DNA of 41,300 bases, taken from NCBI GenBank assembly GCA_031260575.1, contig JAIRJR010000266.1, positions 1-41,300 of the forward strand, given 5' to 3'. Under the pieces are notes generated by a model that saw only the letters and a program-made list of their open reading frames with translations, searched no databases and was not told the DNA's origin. Origin of the DNA: Tannerella sp. GTDB lineage: Bacteria > Bacteroidota > Bacteroidia > Bacteroidales > Tannerellaceae. The position numbers and the translations under genes are program-made. Numbering within the stretch: position 1 is the first letter of the stretch; the number at the start of each line of letters is the position of its first letter. Positions 31,037 through 39,611 of this stretch are shown here, in pieces.

Positions 31037-32077
31037 ATGAAACGGCGAATTGTTATTGCAGCAGTGATCAACCTAATTGGTTTTTCCGGTTTTTCTCAGG
31101 AAACAAACATTTATACATTTTTTATGAATGTGGTGAATGATCATTTCAAGCCCCCCATGATCGGATTTGTCAACATTGCAAAAGGCGAACACAAGGGCGT
31201 TCAACTTGGATTTATAAATTGGAACGCAGGTAACTTTAAGGGAATACAGATGGGAATGGTCAATACGCTTGGAGGTGAATTGACCGGCGCTCAACTTGCT
31301 TATATCAATACCGCCATCCAACAGACGAATGGCATTCAAGCCGGCTTTATCAATACCGCTATGCAAGACAAAACCGGCGTTCAATTCGGTTTCATCAATA
31401 CCGTAAAAAAAGAAGTCCGCGGTGCGCAGTTCGGTTTTATCAATACCGCCTTACAATCGGTATACGGTGCGCAAATTGGTTTTGTCAATTCCGCAATCCA
31501 TGAATTTCGGGGAACACAAATTGGTTTTGTCAATTTGGCGAATCGAAACAAAGCCGGTTTTCAACTTGGTTTTATCAATTATGCGGACTCCTTGGAAAAA
31601 GGGATTCCAATCGGGTTTCTATCGTTTGTCAGGCGGGGGGGGTATATGGCCATAGAGGTTGGTTTTTCAGATTTTTTCCCTGTGACGATCGGTTTTAAAA
31701 CAGGCGTCGAAAAATTCTATACCACGCTTTATCTGGCTTACAACCCTTCAGCGGAATCTTCCGGTAGCAGGTATGCTTCGGGTTTTGGGTTTGGTTCGAT
31801 TATCCCTATCCGAAAGTCATTCTTTTTTAATCCTGAACTTCAATCTTTTAATACAATCGAAAAAAAGAATAACCGTCAATTGACAAGTTTCGTTCCATTA
31901 TTCGGTTTGTATTTGAATCGTCATTTCAGCATAACGGCAGGCCCTTCTGTTACGTGGAGTGCAAGCTACGAAGAAAACGTTTTATTAAAACCGGTTTTTA
32001 ACATAATAGATTTTGAAATAAATGACGATAATCGTATTTTTGTAGGCGCAAGAGCGGGAATCAGATATCGATTTTAA
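31037..32077 (+). CDS. Outer-membrane/surface protein with 15-aa GxQxGxxN repeats (LA_2272-like) and a probable C-terminal beta-barrel
   Basis: Signal peptide; 9 clear repeats plus degenerate flanking ones; amphipathic strands; ends AGIRYRF. Confidence 0.8.
   Translation: MKRRIVIAAVINLIGFSGFSQETNIYTFFMNVVNDHFKPPMIGFVNIAKGEHKGVQLGFINWNAGNFKGIQMGMVNTLGGELTGAQLAYINTAIQQTNGIQAGFINTAMQDKTGVQFGFINTVKKEVRGAQFGFINTALQSVYGAQIGFVNSAIHEFRGTQIGFVNLANRNKAGFQLGFINYADSLEKGIPIGFLSFVRRGGYMAIEVGFSDFFPVTIGFKTGVEKFYTTLYLAYNPSAESSGSRYASGFGFGSIIPIRKSFFFNPELQSFNTIEKKNNRQLTSFVPLFGLYLNRHFSITAGPSVTWSASYEENVLLKPVFNIIDFEINDDNRIFVGARAGIRYRF
31190..31594 (+). repeat. Coding tandem repeat, 9 x 45 bp (15 aa)
   Basis: HKGVQLGFINWNAGN / FKGIQMGMVNTLGGE / ... 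/ KAGFQLGFINYADSL. Confidence 0.85.
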
Positions 32078-32094
32078 CCAATTGATTTAAAATC

Positions 32095-33111
32095 ATGGAT
32101 TACGAACAGTTGTCAAATTTTTTTTCCGGAGAACTACCACCCGACGAAGCCGCATCTTTCTTGGCTTTGCTTGAAGCGGATGAAGAACTGCGGGAAGAAG
32201 CCATTCGGCTGAAAAACAGTTGGGTGGCGGCGCAGCTGACGGCTGAACAGACGGGGGATAAAGAAATAGCGCAGAAAGGTTGGGAACGGTTCAGTGAGCG
32301 AATCCATACGGACAAAGCCGGTAAGGAGGGCATTTCAAATGGTCGTGATTCGTCAAAAATAGTCATTTGGCCGTTCCGGCGCGTAGCCGTTGCAGCGGCG
32401 GTTGCAGTCATACTTGTTGTCGCGTCGTCTATTACCGGCTATATCATCAATCAAAAATCGTCAGTGACAGCCTTCCATACGATGACGGTTCCGGCCGGGC
32501 AGTCTACTCAACTGACGCTTCCGGACGGCTCGGAAATATGGCTCAATGCATGTTCGAAGCTCACCTACCCCGAAAAATTTACTTCCAAAAAACGTGAAAT
32601 ACAACTCGAAGGTGAGGGATTGTTCAAAGTCATATCAGACAAGAAAAAACCTTTTGTCGTGAAAACCGGATTGATGGATATCATTGCGACAGGCACGCAA
32701 TTTAACGTTTCAGCCTATCCCGACGACCATTGGATTTCAACCACCTTGATTGAAGGCGCCGTAAGACTGCAATCAGACAAAGACAACAGCCGTTATGATC
32801 TGAAATCAGGACAGATAGCCATTTTCGACAAACAAACACAACGTATCTCAGCGTCCGACACCGATACCGATATGCAGATTTCATGGATTCACGGCGAATA
32901 CCAATTCAGGGAAACGGCTTTGGAAGATTTGGCGAAGCGTTTTGAACGATATTATAACCTGGTTTTTGTATTCGAAAATGAATCCATGAAACAACGGAAA
33001 TTCACCGGCACATTTTACAACAGCCAGTCCATCGAAAGCGTTTTGCGTGTGATTGCAACCTCAACCGATATGCAGTACAGCATAAGTAATCATATTATTT
33101 ATATTAAGTAG
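32095..33111 (+). CDS. FecR family anti-sigma factor
   Basis: N-terminal helical domain, single TM, LPDGSEIWLN, LEGEGLFKV, GTQFNV, LIEGAV and C-terminal FTGTF. Confidence 0.93.
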   Translation: MDYEQLSNFFSGELPPDEAASFLALLEADEELREEAIRLKNSWVAAQLTAEQTGDKEIAQKGWERFSERIHTDKAGKEGISNGRDSSKIVIWPFRRVAVAAAVAVILVVASSITGYIINQKSSVTAFHTMTVPAGQSTQLTLPDGSEIWLNACSKLTYPEKFTSKKREIQLEGEGLFKVISDKKKPFVVKTGLMDIIATGTQFNVSAYPDDHWISTTLIEGAVRLQSDKDNSRYDLKSGQIAIFDKQTQRISASDTDTDMQISWIHGEYQFRETALEDLAKRFERYYNLVFVFENESMKQRKFTGTFYNSQSIESVLRVIATSTDMQYSISNHIIYIK

Positions 33112-35786
33112 TGAAATTTTTCTTTATTATCATCCTGTTGATTTATACCTTATATGGTTTTTCTCAAAGCGGCAGGATGACCATTCACCTGAATCATACG
33201 AAAATAGAAACGATTTTGAAGGAAATTGAAAAACAATCCGGATACCGTTTTTTCTATGATGTCAACCGTGTGAAAGTGAGCGATATGACAGATGTAGCCT
33301 GGAATGCTGTAGGGTTGAGCGATGCACTCGGCGAACTTTTTGATCACAGGGGCATCACATTCCGGTTTATGGATAAGCAAATCGTGCTGTTTCCAACGAC
33401 ACAGAACCCTGCCGATGTCGCTTCACGACAGCATTTTGTCCCTTCGAAACCGCCATCGGGCGCTGTTCATGGCATGATTACCGATGCCGCTTCGGGGCAA
33501 GGCATCCCTTATGCCACCGTGATCACATTTCAAACTAATCCGCCGGTTGGAACAACAACCGACGAATCAGGTTATTTCCGCTTGAACAACCTGCCTGTCG
33601 GACGCCATGACATTCAATGCCGTTTCATCGGGTATGAGTCAGCCATATTCAAGGATGTGATGGTCAGCTCGGGAAAAGAAGTTTTTTTGGCCATCGACTT
33701 GCGTGAAAACGTTCAAGAATTGGAAGAAGTAACCGTTCGACCGAAAATCAACAAGGAGGCGCCCCTGAATGCGATGGCGTCAGCCAGTGCGCGCATGTTC
33801 AGCGTGGAAGAAGCAAGCCGTTATGCCGGCGGGTTCGACGATCCCGCACGACTTGTGACGGCTTTTGCCGGCGTAGCCGGTATCATCAACAATAACGGCG
33901 TTGCCATACGCGGCAATTCACCGCAGTTCCTGCAATGGCGGATAGAGGGTGTGGAAGCCGTTAACCCAACCCACTTTTCGGATATGACCGGTATAGGCGG
34001 CGGAATCATCACCGCATTCAGCGCTCAGACACTGAACAATTCCGACTTTATCACCGGCGCTTTTCCTGCCGAATATGGCAATTCGCTTTCGGGTGTGTTC
34101 GACATGCAACTGCGCAACGGCAACAATCAACACTACGAACATACGGCTCAATTCGGCATGTTGGGTATTGAATTATCTTCCGAAGGGCCGCTCAAAAAAG
34201 GAAAACCGGCGTCATACTTGTTTAATTACAGGTATTCATCAATCGATTTTGTTGAAGACTTACTGGCTGTGTTGGTACCCGATATGACCGGTTTGAACTA
34301 TCAGGATTTATCGTTTAAAATGAATTTTCCAACCAAGCGGGTAGGGACTTTTTCTGTATGGGGTGTCGGGCTTATCAACCATTACCGGCGGCAGGCGGAA
34401 GAAAATAAAACGCAATGGATTGATATTTATGATAAAGAATCCGGATATGAACAGACAAAAGCGATAGGCGGGATGGGTCATAAAATATTAATCAACGAAA
34501 AATCATATTTAAAAAGCGCTTTAGCAGTCAATGTCGCCCATCACCATTCCACTTCAAAAGATAGGATCGACGACGGAAGCGCCCTTCCGGTTTCCGACAT
34601 GAAAAATACCAATTGGAATATCACATTCAATACATACCTGAATACGAAACACAGTATATTCCACACAAACCGTACCGGACTATCGTTCACAGGTTTGTTT
34701 CATAATATCGATTACCTGATGAGTCCCGATATGCACCTTTTCCCGCCTGATGAGATGGTCAATTACGTGAAGGACAAGGGCAGTTCGATGGCTTTGTCTG
34801 CTTTCAGCCAGTCGTCTTTCCGGCTGAACAACAACATAATAGTTAATGTAGGCTTGCATGGCGATTATTTCCGCCTCATCAACAGAATGGTGCTTGAACC
34901 TCGCGCCGGCATTCGCTGGCAGGTTTTTCCGAGTCTTGCTTTCGGCTTGGCGTATGGCAAACACAGCCGGCGCGAAAATACGGATTACTATTTCGTGAAA
35001 ACAAAAAATACGGCCAATCCGGAATCCCACAACGCAGAAAATCATCCGGCAAGCGATGCCTTGTTCAACAAACACTTGGATTTCGCCAAAGCGCACCACT
35101 TTGTAGTCGCTTACGATTGGTCGGTCTCAGAATATCTTCGCCTGAAGGTAGAACCTTATTTCCAATACCTGTATGATATCCCGGTAGAAAAAGACAGCCC
35201 GTTTTCGTTGATTAACCACCGCGATTTCTGGATGATGCTTCCTTTGGTCAACGATGGGAAGGGGATCAATTCAGGCATCGAACTTACATTGGAACATTAC
35301 CTGTATAAAGGTTATTATTACCTGTTTACGACATCGTTGTTCCATTCGCGTTATAAGGGTGGCGACGGCGTGTGGCGCAATACGCGCCAGAACCGCAATT
35401 TTATCTTCAATGCCCTGGCAGGCAAAGAGTGGAAAATGGGAAGACAACAGCAAAACCTATTACATTCCAGTCTTAGATTAACGCTGCAAGGCTGTGAGCG
35501 CTACATACCCGTCGACGAATCCGCCTCAATAGCCGCACACAAAATAGTATATGACTATGCACACGCTTATCAAACAAGCCTGACGCCCGAATTTATCGGC
35601 CATTTCACACTCGGCTATAAAATGAACCGCAGAAAAAAGACGCACGAATTTGCCCTGAAAGTGATTAATATAACAAGCTACAAAGAATTTGACGGAACCT
35701 ATTATTATAATTACCGCGAAAACCGGCCGGAAAAATCCATTACCTCCATTGCCATTCCCAATGTCAGCTATAAGATCGAGTTTTAG
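33111..35786 (+). CDS. TonB-dependent receptor 2 / transducer with an N-terminal STN signalling domain; GTG start overlapping the FecR TAG
   Basis: ILKEIEKQSGYRFFYD...LSDALGELF STN segment, then collinear with receptor 1; ends YKIEF. Confidence 0.9.
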   Translation: MKFFFIIILLIYTLYGFSQSGRMTIHLNHTKIETILKEIEKQSGYRFFYDVNRVKVSDMTDVAWNAVGLSDALGELFDHRGITFRFMDKQIVLFPTTQNPADVASRQHFVPSKPPSGAVHGMITDAASGQGIPYATVITFQTNPPVGTTTDESGYFRLNNLPVGRHDIQCRFIGYESAIFKDVMVSSGKEVFLAIDLRENVQELEEVTVRPKINKEAPLNAMASASARMFSVEEASRYAGGFDDPARLVTAFAGVAGIINNNGVAIRGNSPQFLQWRIEGVEAVNPTHFSDMTGIGGGIITAFSAQTLNNSDFITGAFPAEYGNSLSGVFDMQLRNGNNQHYEHTAQFGMLGIELSSEGPLKKGKPASYLFNYRYSSIDFVEDLLAVLVPDMTGLNYQDLSFKMNFPTKRVGTFSVWGVGLINHYRRQAEENKTQWIDIYDKESGYEQTKAIGGMGHKILINEKSYLKSALAVNVAHHHSTSKDRIDDGSALPVSDMKNTNWNITFNTYLNTKHSIFHTNRTGLSFTGLFHNIDYLMSPDMHLFPPDEMVNYVKDKGSSMALSAFSQSSFRLNNNIIVNVGLHGDYFRLINRMVLEPRAGIRWQVFPSLAFGLAYGKHSRRENTDYYFVKTKNTANPESHNAENHPASDALFNKHLDFAKAHHFVVAYDWSVSEYLRLKVEPYFQYLYDIPVEKDSPFSLINHRDFWMMLPLVNDGKGINSGIELTLEHYLYKGYYYLFTTSLFHSRYKGGDGVWRNTRQNRNFIFNALAGKEWKMGRQQQNLLHSSLRLTLQGCERYIPVDESASIAAHKIVYDYAHAYQTSLTPEFIGHFTLGYKMNRRKKTHEFALKVINITSYKEFDGTYYYNYRENRPEKSITSIAIPNVSYKIEF

Positions 35787-35852
35787 TTTTTTCGAACATC
35801 GAATATCGATAATCGGCGACTCCTGAGATTAGGCTCAAGCGTTTTTGTTTTC

Positions 35853-36998
35853 TTAAATGACCGTTATCAATGCATACGCATACGAGAAACGGGCGCTTTC
35901 GGGAACCATCATCAGGATTTTATCGCCTTTCTTTATTTTGCCGGACTGTGCCAAATCTGTGAGCATGAAAAAGGGGGAGGCCGATGCAACATTACCGATT
36001 TCAGGAAGATTGTAAAACCACTTTTCGTCCGGCATGTCAAGTTCGGTTCCGCGGATTTCGTCTTTGATCTTTTCTGCAAAGTACATCGACGAGAAATGGG
36101 GAAGAAACCAGTCGACTTCTTCTTTGGGAATAAAATTTCGCTTTTGGCTGATTTCATACAGAAAACGGGTGCCCAACGGAACAATATACTGATCCAGAAT
36201 ACGGGTATCCTGTTTGAGTGAGAACAGCGACTTTTCCAACCATTCCGTTTCGGGAAATTGCGCCCATCCCACTACATTCCCTTCCGTGTCTTTCTCACCT
36301 CCGGCATACATACATGTCTCAATTTCATTCGCGTAGGAAGTCAGTTCGATCCAATCGATCCGGAATGAAAATCCGTTTTTTGCCGGCATGTCGCTTACCA
36401 GAAGGGCAGAAGCGCCGTCCGAGAGCATCCAACGTAAAAACTCTTTTTCAAATGCAAGAATGGGTTTGGCGCTCAATTGATTCAACAATTCCGACTCTTT
36501 CTCAAAATATTTGTGACTCATCCATGCCGACAACCGTTCGGAAGCGACGGTGACGGCATTTTTGGCATTTCCGGCCAAAATGGACAGAAAGGCGTAGTTC
36601 AATGCCTGCATCCCTGTACAGCAAGAGCCTGCGAATGAAACGACTTCTATATGTCGTTTTCCTTTTAAAGCGCCATGAACCATCACACCATGCGAAGGCA
36701 TAATCTGTTCGGGCGAAGCCGTCGCGCAGGACAATAAATCAATGTTGTCTATCCCGAAGTCATCATCCGACAGACCCTTGACGGCATTGGCAGCCATCTC
36801 TACGTTGGTATGGGTCACATTGCCCGACCGATCCAATGCATAATAACGGCGATTGATGCCGTTTTTGCTTAATACCAAACGTTTGGCAATGGACGACTTT
36901 CTGTTGACAAAACCGATGAATTGTTCCATATCGTCACTCTCAACCGGATCATTCGGAAGGAATGTTGAAAAACGGGTAATATAGACTTCTTTACACAT
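35853..36998 (-). CDS. darB: DarB/StlD-type beta-ketoacyl-ACP synthase III
   Basis: FLPNDPV, NGINRRYYA, GSCCTGM (Cys), FEKEFLRWMLSDGA, PHFSS (His), GNVASAS (Asn) and VPESARFSY. Confidence 0.9.
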   Translation of the reverse strand: MCKEVYITRFSTFLPNDPVESDDMEQFIGFVNRKSSIAKRLVLSKNGINRRYYALDRSGNVTHTNVEMAANAVKGLSDDDFGIDNIDLLSCATASPEQIMPSHGVMVHGALKGKRHIEVVSFAGSCCTGMQALNYAFLSILAGNAKNAVTVASERLSAWMSHKYFEKESELLNQLSAKPILAFEKEFLRWMLSDGASALLVSDMPAKNGFSFRIDWIELTSYANEIETCMYAGGEKDTEGNVVGWAQFPETEWLEKSLFSLKQDTRILDQYIVPLGTRFLYEISQKRNFIPKEEVDWFLPHFSSMYFAEKIKDEIRGTELDMPDEKWFYNLPEIGNVASASPFFMLTDLAQSGKIKKGDKILMMVPESARFSYAYALITVI

Positions 36999-37001
36999 AA
37001 A

Positions 37002-37121
37002 TTCAAATATTCAATGATTCAGCTACTCAATGATTCAGTTATTCAGTTACTCAATGATTCAGTTATTCAGTTACTCAGTTATTCAATTACTCAGTTATTC
37101 AATTATTCAGTTATTCAATTA
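37002..37121. repeat. Tandem array of 15 x 8-bp units, consensus YTCARTTA
   Basis: ttcaaata ttcaatga ttcagcta ctcaatga ttcagtta ttcagtta ctcaatga ttcagtta ttcagtta ctcagtta ttcaatta ctcagtta ttcaatta ttcagtta ttcaatta. Confidence 0.95.
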
Positions 37122-38055
37122 TTTGTCCCTCAGTCCATCCCAATTCGTAACACATTTCTTTTTCGGCTTTCCGGAGCGAAGAACGGCGAAAAGGGTAGGT
37201 GAGGTAGAAAAAGAGTAAGCCGAAAGGCGATATCACAAAAAGCACAAAAAAGAGGTAATATTTAAAAAAACGCAGGGCATTTTCTCTTGCAGGACTATTG
37301 TAAGGTCCTTTTTTTAATATGAACCGCGCCCATTGTCCCCAGAGTTTAAAACCGTTTTTTTCGATGAAATAGACTGCCGGCAGGAAAGTAATCGCTTTCT
37401 TCGACATCAGGTTAATTTGCAGGGCATGAAATGTATTACGTTGCATTGCCTCTAACAGGCAATCGCCGAAACAAGTGGCATTTTGGATATCTTCCGGCGT
37501 AACGCCGGCGGCGGGAAGAAAACGCGTAGCTTCTTTTTTGTTATGTAAAAGCCAACGGAGGATGGTGATTACGCTCACCAAGTTGGGAGCCGGATCTTGC
37601 AGGACAACCGAACCCACGTAATGAGCGCCGGCTTCATAGAGGTACGCTCTGGTTTTGAGCTGTTTCATCACCCACATGTTGCGGCAACCATCGACCGTTA
37701 CGATCTTCCGTCCTTTCAGGTAGTCCTTGATGGCTGAAGATTGAAAAAAACCGTGCAATGGAATCGAATGCGACAAGTACCAACTCTGCCCTGCCACAAT
37801 GACTAAGCCGGCATCTTGCACATCGCTTAGATCCATTGCCTTCAGTCGACACGGGATACCCAACCGTGATTCGGGAAAAACCTGAAAAAACGAACGCACA
37901 GTCCAAGGCAACGGAAAAGGTTCTTCAGGCACAATCTCCTTGTAGATCACCTGCATACCGGCGGAAACCAATGGTTCGCAGACTTTTTGTACAATCTCAA
38001 GCGCCTGTCCGGTCTGCGTATAATAAAAAACCACAACTTTGTATTCAGTTCCCAT
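37111..38055 (-). CDS. darA: DarA dialkylresorcinol condensing enzyme/aromatase-like protein
   Basis: YYTQTGQ, PFPLPW...FFQVFPES, WYLSHSIP, GCRNMW, NLVSVITILRW and AGVT; upstream of darB. Confidence 0.88.
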   Translation of the reverse strand: MGTEYKVVVFYYTQTGQALEIVQKVCEPLVSAGMQVIYKEIVPEEPFPLPWTVRSFFQVFPESRLGIPCRLKAMDLSDVQDAGLVIVAGQSWYLSHSIPLHGFFQSSAIKDYLKGRKIVTVDGCRNMWVMKQLKTRAYLYEAGAHYVGSVVLQDPAPNLVSVITILRWLLHNKKEATRFLPAAGVTPEDIQNATCFGDCLLEAMQRNTFHALQINLMSKKAITFLPAVYFIEKNGFKLWGQWARFILKKGPYNSPARENALRFFKYYLFFVLFVISPFGLLFFYLTYPFRRSSLRKAEKEMCYELGWTEGQIIE

Positions 38056-39348
38056 TCAACTTATATTCTCAATTCTCAACTCTCTCCGCACTTTTTTCCC
38101 AAACGACTGATCGATCAACTCCCTGTTGCGCGGACGGTAAGTGCCGTCTTGCATCTCTTTCAAGACCACCTTTGAAAAAAGGTGAAACATCTTTTGTTCC
38201 TGGCTTTCATCGTGATAGAATGTATCCCAGGCATATTGTAAGAGTTCTTGCAACCGTTCGGCGGTCATCTGTTTGGGATGGAACACCACTTGTCCCGCAT
38301 TATAATGATTCCAGTCGAAATCGAAAATACGTCCCTGCCGGTAAAGGTCGTCATATCCTTTCGTATGGGGGAAAGGGGTCATCACCGTAAATTCGGCCAA
38401 ATCAAGGTTGATCTCCAACAGGAAATCGATTAAACGTTTGATATCGTCTTCCGATTGATTATCCAGGCCAATCAGGATGGTTCCTTCAACCCCTATGCCG
38501 TAATCGTGATATCGTTTGACACGTTCCCGGATATAATCGGATGTATCATAGACAGCTTGATAGACATACCACGCGCCGGCCCGGGCGGCTGAATCGAGTA
38601 TCTTCGGGTCGTCTTCGATGGTATGGCTAACCCATTTCTTTTTAAAGGGGATCATTTCCCTGAAAAGTTCCATCTCCCATTCTTTGTTCTGCGCCAACGA
38701 ATTGTCGACCACGAACAACCGGTTGTTTTCGATCGTAGCCAATTCTTCCACCACCTTATCCATCGGACGGGGGCGGAATACGCGCCCACCGAGATAAGAT
38801 ACGGCGCACGGATAACAACTGAATCTGCACCCGCGGGAGGCATGAAACAGATCGACCATCTGTACACCTTTATGGTTATACAGATTGTGCCGGTATAAAT
38901 CCCGCCGGGCGGGACCAACCAATTCGATCGGAGGATGTTGGCCCATGTAATTGTATACCTTTTTCAACCGGTCGTTTTTCCAGTCTTCCAAAACTTCTTC
39001 CATACGGCCTTCGGCTTCGCCCAAAAATACGGCATCGGCATGTTCGACGGTTTCTTCGGCATGAAGCATGGTCGAAATACCGCCAAAGATCACTTTTTTG
39101 TCCCTTTTGCGAAATTGGTTCGCAATTTCCCAGCCTCTCTTCACTTGTGTGCTGAGCATCATCGAAATAGCAACCAGATCACAAGGGTCGTCGAAATCGA
39201 TCGTTTCGACATTTTCATCGGTAAATGCGACATCAACATAGTCGGGAAGGGTGGCGGCAAAGACTACCGGCCCGTGCGGAGGTAGATTAAACGTCGTTTG
39301 CCCTGTCAATTTTTCCCATTTGGGGTAAATCAATTTCAACTTCATCAT
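38056..39348 (-). CDS. Cobalamin (B12)-binding radical SAM protein
   Basis: N-terminal B12-binding-like domain (DLVAIS...KVIFGG, GEAEG), SRGCRFSCYPC CX3CX2C, ILIGLD and TPFPHT. Confidence 0.9.
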   Translation of the reverse strand: MMKLKLIYPKWEKLTGQTTFNLPPHGPVVFAATLPDYVDVAFTDENVETIDFDDPCDLVAISMMLSTQVKRGWEIANQFRKRDKKVIFGGISTMLHAEETVEHADAVFLGEAEGRMEEVLEDWKNDRLKKVYNYMGQHPPIELVGPARRDLYRHNLYNHKGVQMVDLFHASRGCRFSCYPCAVSYLGGRVFRPRPMDKVVEELATIENNRLFVVDNSLAQNKEWEMELFREMIPFKKKWVSHTIEDDPKILDSAARAGAWYVYQAVYDTSDYIRERVKRYHDYGIGVEGTILIGLDNQSEDDIKRLIDFLLEINLDLAEFTVMTPFPHTKGYDDLYRQGRIFDFDWNHYNAGQVVFHPKQMTAERLQELLQYAWDTFYHDESQEQKMFHLFSKVVLKEMQDGTYRPRNRELIDQSFGKKVRRELRIENIS

Positions 39349-39399
39349 AAAAAATGCTCGTTTCGGTTGTTTTCAAATGAAAACCTTTCAAAAGTGGCG

Positions 39400-39407
39400 C
39401 AAAGGTA
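39400..39407 (-). promoter_or_regulatory. Sigma-A -7 box (TACCTTTG on the minus strand) for rSAM-darA-darB
   Basis: CAAAGGTA on the + strand, ~52 bp upstream of the radical SAM start. Confidence 0.6.
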
Positions 39408-39455
39408 ATCAAATAAACTTGTATTTTTTTTAAAAGGAATTTTTAAAATCCGGTT

Positions 39456-39493
39456 GATTGTCGAATTTAAACGAACGTTTAATTTCGACAATC
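39456..39493. promoter_or_regulatory. Long palindrome (18-bp arms, 1 mismatch) with core TTAAACGAACGTTTAA; candidate operator 1
   Basis: GATTGTCGAATTTAAACG-AA-CGTTTAATTTCGACAATC. Confidence 0.7.
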
Positions 39494-39611
39494 TTTCCGT
39501 ATAGCGGTTGTTACGGTCGAAATGGGAAAAACATGGAATGGGTTAAACCAAAAGTCTGTAAGAAAAAGTATTTAAAAAAATAAAAAAATGTAAATTTTTG
39601 AAAAAAAAGTG

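Noticed and set aside
37002-37121. Tandem array as a CRISPR
   Set aside because: Contiguous 8-bp units with no unique spacers and no cas genes nearby
37014-37218. Two 62-aa + strand ORFs (MIQLLNDS..., MIQLFSYS...)
   Set aside because: By-products of the octamer repeat lacking stops on that strand; antisense to darA
39349-39455. Cobalamin riboswitch upstream of the B12 radical SAM gene
   Set aside because: Leader is only ~45 nt after the -7 box and no B12-box consensus was recognised
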